The notes under the pieces are model-generated. The model had not been told where the DNA came from and did not search any database. It saw nothing but the letters and a program-made list of their open reading frames with translations. From NCBI GenBank assembly GCA_046052125.1, contig JBJOMY010000004.1, positions 224,001 to 288,000 on the forward strand: a stretch of 64,000 nt of DNA, in the 5' to 3' direction. Shown here in pieces: positions 14,487 to 24,697 of this stretch (its first letter is position 1; each line of letters starts with the position of its first letter). The DNA is from Cyanobacteriota bacterium. Lineage in GTDB: Bacteria > Cyanobacteriota > Cyanobacteriia > PCC-6307 > Cyanobiaceae. Position numbers and translations under genes: made by a program.

Positions 14487-15220
14487 GCGGCGCCTCCGAG
14501 ATAGGCCGCAATCACCCGAGGATCCCGCTGGATCTGCTCCGGGGTGCCCAGAGCAATCAGTTGGCCGAAATCGAGCACCGCCAGGCGATGGCAGAGCTGC
14601 ATCAGCAGTGGCACGTGGTGCTCGATCACGATCAACGTGAGTTGATGGCGCTGGCGCAGCTCAGCCAGCAGCGCGCACAGCTGTTCTTTCTCGCTGGGGT
14701 TCATGCCAGCGGCGGGTTCATCGAGCAGCAACAGGTTTGGGCGGGTGGCGAGGGCCCGGGCGATTTCAAGGCAGCGACGGTTGCCATAGGAGAGGTTGTC
14801 GGCGCGGCGGTCGGCCAGATCGGCCAACCCCAGTTGCTCGAGCAGTTCCATGGCCTGAGCGTTGAGCGCCGCCTGCGCTTGGCGGCGATGCAGGGCCACC
14901 ACCACGTTTTCCAGCACCGTGAGGGCGCCGAAGAGCCGAAGATTCTGGAAGGTGCGGGCGATGCCCAGGCGGTTGAGCTGATCAGGCCGCAAGCCATGGG
15001 TGCTTCGGCCGCGCCAACGGATCGCGCCGGCGGATGCGGGTGTGACCCCTGAGAGCAGGTTGAACAGGGTGGTTTTGCCAGCTCCGTTGGGCCCGATCAG
15101 GCCGAAGATTTCTCCCTCCTGCACGCCGAAGCTCACATCGCTGAGGGCTTGAAGCCCGCCGAAGCGCCGGCCGACTCCATCCAGCGCCAACAGGGGCTCG
15201 CTGCTCTTGTGCGCGTTCAT
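14483..15220 (-). CDS. livG: HAAT ABC transporter ATP-binding subunit
   Basis: GPNGAGKTT, GIARTFQN, LDEPAAGMN, IEHH, VIAAYLG. Confidence 0.9.
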   Translation of the reverse strand: MNAHKSSEPLLALDGVGRRFGGLQALSDVSFGVQEGEIFGLIGPNGAGKTTLFNLLSGVTPASAGAIRWRGRSTHGLRPDQLNRLGIARTFQNLRLFGALTVLENVVVALHRRQAQAALNAQAMELLEQLGLADLADRRADNLSYGNRRCLEIARALATRPNLLLLDEPAAGMNPSEKEQLCALLAELRQRHQLTLIVIEHHVPLLMQLCHRLAVLDFGQLIALGTPEQIQRDPRVIAAYLGGAA

Positions 15221-16080
15221 GGCTTCCACCTGCCGCAACGCTCCAGCAGGGCTGGTGTGATCAGACCCTGAGGAAACAACACCGGTCCCAGCAGGATCAC
15301 CAGGCCGAACAGCACCAGCCGCAGGTCGCCCACCGGCCGGAGCAGTTCCGGGAGGGCGGTGAGTACCAGGCCGCCCAGCACAGGTCCCAGCCAGCTGCGC
15401 GAGCCACCGAGGATCACAAAGGCCAGGGTGGTGACGGCCACATCAAAACTGCCTTGGCGGGCGTTCCAGGTGTTCAGGTAGTGAGCGGCAATCACGCCGG
15501 TCATCCCAGCGAGAGCGGCACTGGCGACGAAGGCGGTGAGCTTGACCCGGGTGGTGTTGATGCCCATGCACCGGCTCGCCAGTTCGTCGTCTCGGATGGC
15601 GGCCATGGAGCGGCCCAACCGGCTCGTTTCGATTCGCTGGCAAGCCCAGCCGCTCAGAGCGAGCAGGGCTCCGCTCAGCAACAGGTAGCCGAGGGGTTCG
15701 CGGAACGGTTGGGGGATGCCGAAGATGCCGGTGGCCCCGCCGGTGAAGGGAAGATTGAGGATCGCCACCCGCACGATCTCCACCAGGGCGATGGTGGCGA
15801 TGGCCAGATAAATCCCCCGCAGGCGCAGCACTGGTAAACCCACCAGCACAGCCAGGGCAGCGGTGAGGCCTGCGGCCAGCAGCATCTCCAGCAGCACGGC
15901 AGCCAGGCTGATGGTGGGCGCCGATGGCCCTTGAGTGGCCATCAGGGCAGCAAGGGTGCCGCCCACCGCATAGAAGGCCGGGGTGGCGAGCGAGAGCTGG
16001 CCAGCAGCCATCGGTAGGTACACCGAGAGCCCCAACAGCGCTCCCAGGATCATTTGCACCAGCAGGCCGTTATCAGGCAT
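15217..16080 (-). CDS. livM: HAAT ABC transporter permease
   Basis: GQLSL, LRLRGIYLAIAT, TGGATG, AIRDDE, LPELLR. Confidence 0.9.
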   Translation of the reverse strand: MPDNGLLVQMILGALLGLSVYLPMAAGQLSLATPAFYAVGGTLAALMATQGPSAPTISLAAVLLEMLLAAGLTAALAVLVGLPVLRLRGIYLAIATIALVEIVRVAILNLPFTGGATGIFGIPQPFREPLGYLLLSGALLALSGWACQRIETSRLGRSMAAIRDDELASRCMGINTTRVKLTAFVASAALAGMTGVIAAHYLNTWNARQGSFDVAVTTLAFVILGGSRSWLGPVLGGLVLTALPELLRPVGDLRLVLFGLVILLGPVLFPQGLITPALLERCGRWKP

Positions 16081-16084
16081 CGGC

Positions 16085-17023
16085 TCAGACCTTCTCCAGC
16101 TGGCGGCGCCCCAGCAGTCCGTTGGGGCGCAGCAGCAGCACGGCAAACAACACGGCAAACGCGAGCGCATCGCGCCACCCGGAGGCCTCCGACGGGATCA
16201 AGGCTTCCGCCAGCCCCATCAGCAGACCTCCCGCGATCGCGCCCGGCACGCTGCCTAGCCCTCCGAGCACAAGCACCGCCAGCCCCTTGAGGCCGTAGCT
16301 GATGCCGAAATAGGGACCCGCCAAGCTCACGCTCATGCCGATCAGCCCGCCGCCGAGTCCGGCGAGCATGCCGCTAATTAGAAACGCGAGCCGCACGATC
16401 GCTTCGCTGTTGATTCCGAGCAAGGTGGCCGTGGTGGGATCCTCCGCCACAGCTCGCATCGCCTTGCCCGTGTGGCTGCGCTCCAGCCAGAGGCTCAGAG
16501 CGGCAACGGCCAGCGCCGAGATCAATAGCAGCAGCACCTGCACCGTGCGGATGCGGGCCCCGCCGATCAGCAGTGCATCCGGTAGTTGTGCCAGGGCCGC
16601 GGCGCCCTGGGGAAAGGCGTAGCCCTCCGCGCCCATGAGGATCTGGAGCAGGTTCACCAGCACCACACCCGCCCCGAGGCTGGTGATCAACGAGAGCAGA
16701 GGTTCTGCGCCACGTCGCCGCAGGGGCGCGAAGGCAATCCGTTCCACCACCAACGAGACCCCTCCAGCGCCGAGGGCCGCCAGCATCAGCGCGAGCCAGA
16801 ACGGCAAGCCCGCTGGCAACCCCCACCCCGGCAGCGCTCCGTTGACGCCGATCTTTCCGCCCATCAGTAGGAAGGTGAGGTAACCGCCGATGCTGAACAG
16901 GGCTCCCTGGGCGAAGTTGATTACCCCCAGCACCGAGAAGATCAAGGTGTAGCCAAGGGCCACCAGGGCGTAGACGCCACCGCTGGCGGCGCCATTCAGC
17001 AGGATCTGAAGCAGCGAGTCCAT
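16085..17023 (-). CDS. livH: HAAT ABC transporter permease
   Basis: YALVALGYTLIFSVLGVINFAQG, GKAMRAVAED, LGGLGS, RPNGLLG. Confidence 0.92.
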   Translation of the reverse strand: MDSLLQILLNGAASGGVYALVALGYTLIFSVLGVINFAQGALFSIGGYLTFLLMGGKIGVNGALPGWGLPAGLPFWLALMLAALGAGGVSLVVERIAFAPLRRRGAEPLLSLITSLGAGVVLVNLLQILMGAEGYAFPQGAAALAQLPDALLIGGARIRTVQVLLLLISALAVAALSLWLERSHTGKAMRAVAEDPTTATLLGINSEAIVRLAFLISGMLAGLGGGLIGMSVSLAGPYFGISYGLKGLAVLVLGGLGSVPGAIAGGLLMGLAEALIPSEASGWRDALAFAVLFAVLLLRPNGLLGRRQLEKV

Positions 17024-18321
17024 CACGGCTTGGCAGCCTCCGGTGAGCTGTCCGTGCTCACCTGGATTTCACGGACCAGGCCGAAACGCCCGTCGCGGCC
17101 GCTGGCGTTCATGCTCACTTCCGCCACATAGAAACGGCCCTGAACCACCTCCCCATCGGGGCGGAAGTGAATCGGCCCCAGCGGCGTGTCGTACCGCCCA
17201 GCCAGCAATTCCTGCATGAGCCTGCGGCGTGCCTCCCCCAGGGTGACCCCTTCGAGGCCCCCGCGCTTTTGCAGCCGTTGGATGGCTTCGAACAGCACTT
17301 GATAGGCGCTCCAGGCCTGGGCGCTGATCTGGCCAGGCGTGCGGTTGCCATTGGCTTCGCGGAACAGGCGCCGGAACGTTGTGTTGATCGGTGTGTTGAG
17401 GTCGGGGCTGTAGGCCTGGGCGATCAGCACGCCATCACACCAGCGCTGACAGATCGGATAGATGTTCGGCGTGTTGAGGCCGTTGCCCACCACAATCTGC
17501 CCGCGATAGCCCAGCTCCCGTAACTGCCGGATCAGGTTCCCGCCATCCACCGCCTGCGCGGAGATCACCACCAGCTCCGGCCGTTGTTGCAGTGCGGCGG
17601 TGATCGGGTTCTGGAAATCGTTGTCGGCCAGTTGGGTGCGCTGCACGCTCACGGGCTTGAGGCCACGCTCTGCCAGTGCTCGCTGGAAAATCGCTGTTTC
17701 TGCGGTGCTGTAGGCGTCGTCCTGGGCGAAGAACACGGCGACGCGGCGGATGCCTGGCTCGCGGCGCAGCGCTTCATCGAGCGAGAGCGGCGCGATCACC
17801 GAGCTCTGGGCTGAGACGCGGCTGATAAAAAAGCCGATCTGCGGGATGCCCTTGGCGGTGTTGGAGGGGGCCACCACCGGTACCCCTTGGCGCTGGCCGA
17901 TCGGATCGGCAGCGAAGGCCTGTTGGGAGAGGGTCGGTCCGATCAGGGCGATCACCCCCCGGCGGATCAGCAGGTTGAAGGCTGCGATGGCGCTGGGCTC
18001 ATCGGAGGCGCCGTCTTCGAGTTGTAGCCGCACGGGTCGTGGGTGCGGCGTGGCGCTGAACCAGCGCTGCGCCAGGTTGATGCCCATGCGTTGGTCTTGG
18101 CCGTAGAGGTTCGCATTGCCCGTCAGGGCGATAGCAGCCCCCAAAGTCAGGGCTCCATGGGCGGAGCTGGCCGGCGGGAGCGTCTTGGTTGCCGGGTCGC
18201 TGCTGCGTCCGAGAGCAGCAAGTGCGGCGATGCCTGCGGCGATCACCACAGCCAGGCGTGTGCTTCCACGCCGCCTGGCTGTGAGTGCGTCGATGCTGCT
18301 CAGGCCACCGCTGCGAAGCAT
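17023..18321 (-). CDS. HAAT ABC transporter substrate-binding protein (start uncertain, may lie downstream of hemL stop)
   Basis: [40 protein letters not shown]: LivJ/K-like fold. Confidence 0.88.
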   Translation of the reverse strand: MLRSGGLSSIDALTARRRGSTRLAVVIAAGIAALAALGRSSDPATKTLPPASSAHGALTLGAAIALTGNANLYGQDQRMGINLAQRWFSATPHPRPVRLQLEDGASDEPSAIAAFNLLIRRGVIALIGPTLSQQAFAADPIGQRQGVPVVAPSNTAKGIPQIGFFISRVSAQSSVIAPLSLDEALRREPGIRRVAVFFAQDDAYSTAETAIFQRALAERGLKPVSVQRTQLADNDFQNPITAALQQRPELVVISAQAVDGGNLIRQLRELGYRGQIVVGNGLNTPNIYPICQRWCDGVLIAQAYSPDLNTPINTTFRRLFREANGNRTPGQISAQAWSAYQVLFEAIQRLQKRGGLEGVTLGEARRRLMQELLAGRYDTPLGPIHFRPDGEVVQGRFYVAEVSMNASGRDGRFGLVREIQVSTDSSPEAAKP

Positions 18322-19616
18322 TCGCGGAAGGCGGCGATGGTGGCGTCGATGTCTTCGTCGCTGTGGGCCAGGGAGGTGAAGCCAGCCTCGAAGGCGCTGG
18401 GGGCCAGGTAGATGCCGCGCTCGAGCATGGCGCGGTGCAGCTTGCCGAAGCGCACGGTGTCGGCGGCCTTGGCCTCCTCGAAGTTGCGCACCGGGCCTTC
18501 GCAGAGGAAGAAGCCGAACATGGCGCTGATCGAACCGCCGGTGATCGGCAGGCCGGCGCTCCGAGCCGCATCCATGATGCCGTCGATCAGGCGCTTGGTG
18601 ATCGCCTCGAGCCGCTCGTAGCTGCCGGGCTGCTTGAGCAGCTCCAGAGTTTTGATGCCGGCGGTCATCGCCAGGGGGTTACCGCTCAGGGTGCCGGCCT
18701 GATACATCGGGCCGGCGGGGGCCACCATGCTCATGATGTCGGCGCGGCCGCCGTAGGCGCCCACGGGCAGGCCGCCGCCGATCACCTTGCCCATGGTGGT
18801 GAGGTCGGGGGTGATGCCGAACTTGGCCTGGGCACCGCCGTAGCTGATGCGGAAGCCGGTCATCACTTCGTCGAACACCAGCAGCGCGCCGTTCTCCTTG
18901 GTGAGCTCGCGGATGCCTTCGAGGAAGCCGGGCTCAGGGGTGATGAAACCGGCGTTGCCCACCACGGGCTCCAGGATCACGCCGGCGATTTCACCGGGGT
19001 TCTCGGCGAAGAGCTGCTTCACCGCTTCCAGATCGTTGTAGGGAGCGGTGAGGGTGCTGGCGGCGGTGGTGCGCGGCACACCGGGGGAGTCGGGCAGGCC
19101 GAGGGTGGCCACACCGGAGCCGGCCTTCACTAGGAACATGTCCGCGTGGCCGTGGTAGCAGCCTTCGAACTTGATGATCTTTTCGCGCCCGGTGAAGGCG
19201 CGCATCAGGCGCAGCACCGACATGCAGGCCTCGGTGCCGCTGTTCACGAAGCGCACCATCTCCACCGACGGCACGGCGTCGATCACCATCTCTGCCAGCT
19301 TGTTCTCCAGGGCGCAGGGGGCGCCGAAGCTGGTGCCCTTCTCCAGGGCGTCGTGGAGAGCTGCGATCACCTCGGGGTGAGCGTGGCCGCAGATGGCCGG
19401 GCCCCAGCTGCCGATGTAATCGATGTAGCGGTTGCCGTCCACGTCCCAGGCGTAGGCGCCCTTGACGCGGTCAAACACGATCGGCTGCCCGCCTACGGAG
19501 CGGAAGGCGCGCACCGGCGAGCTCACGCCACCGGGCATCAGCGTCTGGGCGGCACTGAAGAGTTCCTGGGACCGGGTGGTGTTGTGCACGGGAGCCGAAA
19601 CAGGTGCCGAGGTCAA
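18300..19616 (-). CDS. hemL: Glutamate-1-semialdehyde 2,1-aminomutase
   Basis: [59 protein letters not shown] start at 19616 is a best guess. Confidence 0.98.
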   Translation of the reverse strand: MTSAPVSAPVHNTTRSQELFSAAQTLMPGGVSSPVRAFRSVGGQPIVFDRVKGAYAWDVDGNRYIDYIGSWGPAICGHAHPEVIAALHDALEKGTSFGAPCALENKLAEMVIDAVPSVEMVRFVNSGTEACMSVLRLMRAFTGREKIIKFEGCYHGHADMFLVKAGSGVATLGLPDSPGVPRTTAASTLTAPYNDLEAVKQLFAENPGEIAGVILEPVVGNAGFITPEPGFLEGIRELTKENGALLVFDEVMTGFRISYGGAQAKFGITPDLTTMGKVIGGGLPVGAYGGRADIMSMVAPAGPMYQAGTLSGNPLAMTAGIKTLELLKQPGSYERLEAITKRLIDGIMDAARSAGLPITGGSISAMFGFFLCEGPVRNFEEAKAADTVRFGKLHRAMLERGIYLAPSAFEAGFTSLAHSDEDIDATIAAFRECFAAVA

Positions 19617-19724
19617 AACGGAATCCGTAGACGGGAGCTTGAGCGCACCATCCTTACGCAATCACCGGCTTGTGAGTCCAGCGGCGCTGGTCTCGTTAAG
19701 GTCTTGCCACCACTGCCCAAGCCT

Positions 19725-21200
19725 GTGACGCCTGACTGGGCCTTGCTGGAACGCCGCCTGAGGGCTTTGCTGCCTGCCCGCGCTGTCGTGAGCAAGCGTC
19801 AGGAGTTGCTGGCCTACGACTGTGATGGCCTCACCCTGAATCGCCATCAGCCCCCGCTGGTGGTGCTGCCGGAGAGCACCGAGCAGGTGGCTGCCGTGGT
19901 GAGGCTTTGCGCAGAGCTGGAGGTGCCATTCATTGCCCGCGGCAGCGGCACCGGCCTCTCCGGGGGAGCGCTGGCGGAGCAGCCGGCTCTGGTGATCGCC
20001 ACCAGCCGCATGCGCCGGGTGTTGGAAGTGGATCTGGCCAATGAACGGATCACCGTTGAGCCGGGGGTGATCAACAGCTGGGTGACCCGGGCTGTGGTCG
20101 GTGATGGCTTCTATTACGCCCCCGATCCCTCCAGCCAGGTGGCTTGCAGCATCGGCGGCAACGTCGCCGAAAACTCCGGCGGGGTTCATTGCCTCAAATA
20201 CGGCGTAACCAGTAACCACGTTCTCGCAATGGACGTGGTGCTGCCCGATGGCACGGTCACCACGCTCGGCGGTGCTGTGCCGGAGATGCCCGGCCTGGAT
20301 CTGCGGGGTGTGTTTATCGGTAGTGAGGGCACCCTCGGCATCGCCACTGCCATCACCCTGCGGCTGCTGCGCACTCCGCAAACGGTGGCGGTGCTCCTGG
20401 CGGATTTCGCCTCGATGGAGGCGGCCGGCGAGGCGGTGCGGCTGATCACCGGCGCCGGCGTGCTGCCAGCGGGCATGGAAATGATGGATAACCCCTGCAT
20501 CCAGGCCGTGGATGACTTCTTCGGGGTGGATGAATACCCGCGCGAAGCGGCAGCGGTGCTGTTGATCGAGCTCGACGGCCACGCTCTGGAGGTGAAGGAG
20601 TCGGTGGAGATCGCCAGCCGCCTCTGCCTGGATGCCGGCGCTGGTGCGGTGCGGGAGGCTTGGAGTGAAGAGGCGCGGGCGCGGCTCTGGAAAGGACGCA
20701 AGAGTGCGATTTCAGCGCTCGGTCGCCAGTTCCCCAGCTATTACCTCCAGGACGGTGTGGTGCCTCGCACCGCCCTGCCAGGGGTGCTTGCCGCCATCGA
20801 TCGGCTCAGCGCGGAGCATGGCCTTGCCGTTGCCAATGTCTTTCACGCCGGCGACGGCAATCTTCACCCCCTGATCCTTTACCGGGCCGGTGAAGAGGGA
20901 GTGAATGAACGGGTGAAGGCCCTCGGCGCTGAGATCCTCCGGCTGTGCATCGAGGCGGGCGGCAGCATCAGCGGCGAGCACGGTGTGGGCAGCGATAAAC
21001 GCTGCTACATGGATTGGATGTTCAGCGCCGATGACCAGGCCACGATGCAATTGGTGCGTCACGCCTTTGATCCGGAGGGTCTGGCCAATCCGGGCAAGAT
21101 TTTTCCCACGCCCCGCAGCTGCGGCGAGTCGCACCGGCGCTGGCAGGAGCTCAAGGCTGGTCAGCCAGCGTCTCCGCTTGCGGCCCTTGAGGTGGTGTGA
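19725..21200 (+). CDS. glcD: Glycolate oxidase subunit GlcD-like FAD-linked oxidase
   Basis: RGSGTGLSGG, PDPSSQ, GGVHCLKYG, GSEGTLG, FHAGDGNLHP, SGEHGVG, NPGK. Confidence 0.9.
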   Translation: MTPDWALLERRLRALLPARAVVSKRQELLAYDCDGLTLNRHQPPLVVLPESTEQVAAVVRLCAELEVPFIARGSGTGLSGGALAEQPALVIATSRMRRVLEVDLANERITVEPGVINSWVTRAVVGDGFYYAPDPSSQVACSIGGNVAENSGGVHCLKYGVTSNHVLAMDVVLPDGTVTTLGGAVPEMPGLDLRGVFIGSEGTLGIATAITLRLLRTPQTVAVLLADFASMEAAGEAVRLITGAGVLPAGMEMMDNPCIQAVDDFFGVDEYPREAAAVLLIELDGHALEVKESVEIASRLCLDAGAGAVREAWSEEARARLWKGRKSAISALGRQFPSYYLQDGVVPRTALPGVLAAIDRLSAEHGLAVANVFHAGDGNLHPLILYRAGEEGVNERVKALGAEILRLCIEAGGSISGEHGVGSDKRCYMDWMFSADDQATMQLVRHAFDPEGLANPGKIFPTPRSCGESHRRWQELKAGQPASPLAALEVV

Positions 21201-21256
21201 AGCTGCCCTGCCAGAAACCTCTGAGTTGAAGGGCGATTCCAATCGCTGCGGGGTGT

Positions 21257-22075
21257 TTATTCATCCTCTTCGTCTTCAAGATCCCATTCCAGGTTCACCA
21301 TCACCGGCGCGTGATCGCTGGGTTGGGTGTTCCCCCTAGGTGTCCGGTCGATCACGCAGCCTGTGGCGCAATCCACCAGCTCAGGGCTGAGATAAATGTG
21401 GTCAATCCGCCATCCCTGGTCTCGGTCCCAGGCGCCACTGCGATAGTCCCACCAGCTCCAGTGGCCTGCGGCTGGTTCAAAGAGGCGGAAGGCATCGCTG
21501 AGTCGATCGCCGATCACCACCTGCAAAGCCTCGCGCTCAGGCGCACTTGCCATGATTCCTCCCGTAAGGCGCTGAGGATCATGCAGGTCGCGATCCTCCG
21601 GCCCGATGTTGAAGTCACCCACCATGCAGAGCGGATCGCCCTGTTCTTCCTGGATCTGGAGATAGCGCTTGAGGCAGTTCAGCCACTCGAGCTTGTAGCC
21701 GTATTTCTCACTGCTCAGCGAGCTGCCATTGGGAACGTAGAGATTGAGCACCCGGATGCCATCAATCAACGCGCTGATCACCCGCTTCTGTTCGCTCAGC
21801 CGTGGCGCCTCAGGATCGCTGGGCAGTAGAGCGTCGAAGCCGATCTGCACGTCCTCCATTGGCAAACGGCTGATCAAGCCGACGCCGTTGTAGGCCTTTT
21901 GGCCACTGATGGCGCAGTGGTATCCCAGTTGTTCAAAGGCGGCATGGGGGAAGAGTTCATCGGCCACCTTCGTTTCCTGCAGGCAGAGCACATCGGGTTG
22001 TGCCTGCTCCAGCCAGGCCACCACCTGATCCAGCCGGGTGCGCACCGAGTTCACATTCCAACTGGCAATGCGCAT
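21257..22075 (-). CDS. xth: Exodeoxyribonuclease III
   Basis: WNVNS, LQETK, YNGV, YVPNG, GDFN, WWDYR, RIDH, SDHAP. Confidence 0.96.
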   Translation of the reverse strand: MRIASWNVNSVRTRLDQVVAWLEQAQPDVLCLQETKVADELFPHAAFEQLGYHCAISGQKAYNGVGLISRLPMEDVQIGFDALLPSDPEAPRLSEQKRVISALIDGIRVLNLYVPNGSSLSSEKYGYKLEWLNCLKRYLQIQEEQGDPLCMVGDFNIGPEDRDLHDPQRLTGGIMASAPEREALQVVIGDRLSDAFRLFEPAAGHWSWWDYRSGAWDRDQGWRIDHIYLSPELVDCATGCVIDRTPRGNTQPSDHAPVMVNLEWDLEDEEDE

Positions 22076-22158
22076 GGGTCGTGGAGGCGTGCAGCCGTGC
22101 TCTCGGAGGCCCAAGCTTCTCGCAGGGCCCGTAGATTCGATCCAACCGCTTTGCTCTC

Positions 22159-22482
22159 TTGGGTCGCAACGTTCGGCGCTTGAGCGGCCTCCTCGCCATC
22201 CTGGCGGCCGGGGTCTATGGCCAGCCGGTCTGGGCCGACTTCAATTCCTGGGGCGTCTCCACCCAGGAAAAACAGATTTACGACTACGGCCCAGCAGGCA
22301 CCAACGGCACGTCGAAGCAGGGCTCCATTCTCGACAGCACCAACCCGATCGATCTGATGAACAAGATCCGTCGCGGCACGGCGATGGACGACGCCACCTC
22401 CCCCGGCGATGCGGTGGATGCAGCGCTTAAGGATTTGGATGCTCAGTCGTCGGGGCCTTCGTCTCAGGTGAAGGCGCCGTAG
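22159..22482 (+). CDS. Conserved hypothetical exported protein
   Basis: Signal-like N-terminus; NPIDLMNKIRRGTAMDDATSPGDAVDAAL resembles a picocyanobacterial family. Confidence 0.65.
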   Translation: MGRNVRRLSGLLAILAAGVYGQPVWADFNSWGVSTQEKQIYDYGPAGTNGTSKQGSILDSTNPIDLMNKIRRGTAMDDATSPGDAVDAALKDLDAQSSGPSSQVKAP

Positions 22483-23272
22483 CAGTTGGCTTCTTTCTCA
22501 GGTTGCTCAGCCCCCAGCTGGCGGCCACCTGATCCAGTCGTGTGTCCTTGTTACCCGGTTGCCGCTGGCGTGCCAGTGCCAGGGCATCCTGGGCCCCTTT
22601 GTCATCGCCCAGTTCCTGGCGCAAGAGCGCCAGGGCCAGCAGCGGTCTTGGGTCGCGCGGAAAGGCTGCAGCCAGCTTCGTGTAGGTGGCGGTGGCTTCC
22701 GCCGTCTGACCCATCCGCTGCTGCAGATCGCCGAGCAGCAGGCTGAGAGGCAGCACCTGCGGTTGCAGCGCTGGTTTGCTGGCTTTCTCAATCAGCCCCT
22801 TCAGCTGCGCCTGAGCTTGGCCGCCGCGACCCTGCTCCAGTTGCAGCAAGGTCATTAGCTGCAGAGCCTCGATGCGGTTGGGACTGAGGTTGAGCAGTTG
22901 TCGCAGCTCTCGTTCTGCAGCAGCACGATCGTTGTTGTTGCGATGCAGTTCTGCGAGCAGCAGGCGCAGCTGCCAGCGTTGCGGTTGCTGGTCGGCCAAC
23001 TGCTCCAGCAAAACGCTGGCTTCCTGGGGTTGGTTCAGCACCAGCAGCAGTTGCACTAGGCGTTGTTGTTCGGCATCGCTGGCGTTTCCCTGGTTGAGCC
23101 GTTGCCGCAGCTGATCGGCCTGGCGCTGTAGCGCGGCTGTTGAACGTTGGCTTTCAGCTCCACGGCTGTGCTGTCCCAGCCACCAACCCCCGGCTAAGGA
23201 GCCGCCCACCACAACAAACGCACCCAGGCTGAGCAGCAACCCACGGACATTGGTGCTGGCGCGTGGCGGCAT
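22427..23272 (-). CDS. Membrane-anchored tetratricopeptide-repeat protein
   Basis: N-terminal TM helix then helical repeats with TPR-like A/L/P spacing. Confidence 0.75.
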   Translation of the reverse strand: MPPRASTNVRGLLLSLGAFVVVGGSLAGGWWLGQHSRGAESQRSTAALQRQADQLRQRLNQGNASDAEQQRLVQLLLVLNQPQEASVLLEQLADQQPQRWQLRLLLAELHRNNNDRAAAERELRQLLNLSPNRIEALQLMTLLQLEQGRGGQAQAQLKGLIEKASKPALQPQVLPLSLLLGDLQQRMGQTAEATATYTKLAAAFPRDPRPLLALALLRQELGDDKGAQDALALARQRQPGNKDTRLDQVAASWGLSNLRKKPTATAPSPETKAPTTEHPNP

Positions 23273-23375
23273 GGTTCAGCGCGTTGATGCCCTTCAGTCT
23301 GGGGCCATGGCAAGGGCTGGTTACATTGGCGGCCGGGCCATGGACAACACGAGCGCCCAGAGGGTTCCAGCCACG

Positions 23376-24035
23376 ATGCGTCAACACCCCATTTCCCCGG
23401 TCACCGAACCGATGCAGTACCGGGCCATCGGTGTTGTGCGTGGGACTTATGTGCCCGAGGACTCGGAGCAGCTCACCCGTGGTGTTCTACAGGCTGAGGA
23501 CGGCACGGAGATCGAGGCTGTGGTGCTCGGCCGCGTGCTCACGCTGATGCGGCGCCACCTCGATCTGAGCAAGCCTCATCTGTGGGTGGCCTACCCGCGT
23601 TTCCGCGATCCCGACAAGCTGCACTTACAGCTGGTGGGCGTGTGGGAGCCCAGCACCCTGGCGGCCACGGCCATTGCTACCCAGAGTCCAGCCGAGGCTG
23701 AAGGTGATGCCACCCCGAGCGACGATCTGCCGGAGGGCGATGGCTATTTCTCCGTCCGCGGCGAACTGATCTACACCCGCCCTGAAGAGGGCGATCTGGT
23801 GGTGAAGATCCGCCAGCAACCCCGAGCCGATGGCTCCCGCCCCACCCCCTTCAAGCTGCAGCTCCGCGGAGAAATCGCTCCAGAGCACCTGCGCCACTTT
23901 GTTTCGCTCGATCTGCGCCGCCAGGGCCAGCAGCTGCAAGTGGAGCAACACGAGGTGATCGCCCCGGTGCCCCAACGCGCTGGCAAGGGCCGTGGCCCCG
24001 GCCGAGGTGGTCGTCCCGGCGGCGGTCGGCGCTAA
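23376..24035 (+). CDS. Conserved cyanobacterial hypothetical protein
   Basis: HPISPVTEPMQYRAIG, HLWVAYPR, HLQLVGVWEP, FSVRGE. Confidence 0.8.
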   Translation: MRQHPISPVTEPMQYRAIGVVRGTYVPEDSEQLTRGVLQAEDGTEIEAVVLGRVLTLMRRHLDLSKPHLWVAYPRFRDPDKLHLQLVGVWEPSTLAATAIATQSPAEAEGDATPSDDLPEGDGYFSVRGELIYTRPEEGDLVVKIRQQPRADGSRPTPFKLQLRGEIAPEHLRHFVSLDLRRQGQQLQVEQHEVIAPVPQRAGKGRGPGRGGRPGGGRR

Positions 24036-24037
24036 CG

Positions 24038-24697
24038 ATGACGGCCCCGGAGCGATTCCCCAGCTCCGATCAAGGCTCCACAGCGGCCTTGTCCGCCGGT
24101 GCGGCCGTTGCCGGAATCACTGTTTTGGCGGTGGTCGGCCCACCGCTGGGCCTCTCTCCGTGGTTGATCGCCCTTGCTGCCGGAGGCGGCCTGGTGGCTC
24201 TCACGGTGGATGCGGCCCGCTTCGGTGGCTTGGGGGGGCACCTGCTGGCGGAGTCGTTGCCGGTTGGGATCGGCATGGCGCGCTTGCGCCGGATTGCGAT
24301 TCATGAGGCAGGGCATGTGCTTGTGGCGGCTGACAATCAGCTGCCTGTGAAACAAGTGCTGGTGGGCAGCCGCGCCTGCCTGCGCGAGGGGCTAAGCGCC
24401 AACGGCAGCACGCAGCTCGAACCTCCCGCCCACGCCAAATTGCCGCTGGAGGATCTGCGTCGCTGGAGCCGGGTGCTGCAGGCCGGGATGTTGGCTGAGC
24501 AGTTGGTGTACGGAGGCTCCCGCGGTGGAGCGGATGATCGGGCTCTGCTCGGCAGGCTCTGGGGCCTGTCCGGGTACGACGTGTCTACCGCCCAGCAGGA
24601 GCAGCGCCGCGCTCGCCGCGAGGTGGAGCAGTGGTTGCGGCAGCGCCGCTCCGAACTGGAGCAGCGCGCCGATCTGTTGCTGGTCGAAGCGCGATGA
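24038..24697 (+). CDS. Membrane protein with peptidase M41-like HExxH domain
   Basis: RRIAIHEAGH, AGMLAE, GGADD after two TM helices. Confidence 0.75.
   Translation: MTAPERFPSSDQGSTAALSAGAAVAGITVLAVVGPPLGLSPWLIALAAGGGLVALTVDAARFGGLGGHLLAESLPVGIGMARLRRIAIHEAGHVLVAADNQLPVKQVLVGSRACLREGLSANGSTQLEPPAHAKLPLEDLRRWSRVLQAGMLAEQLVYGGSRGGADDRALLGRLWGLSGYDVSTAQQEQRRARREVEQWLRQRRSELEQRADLLLVEAR

Noticed and set aside
19146..19724. N-terminal 193-aa extension of the glcD ORF
   Set aside because: It lies antisense to hemL; GlcD similarity starts only near GTG 19725
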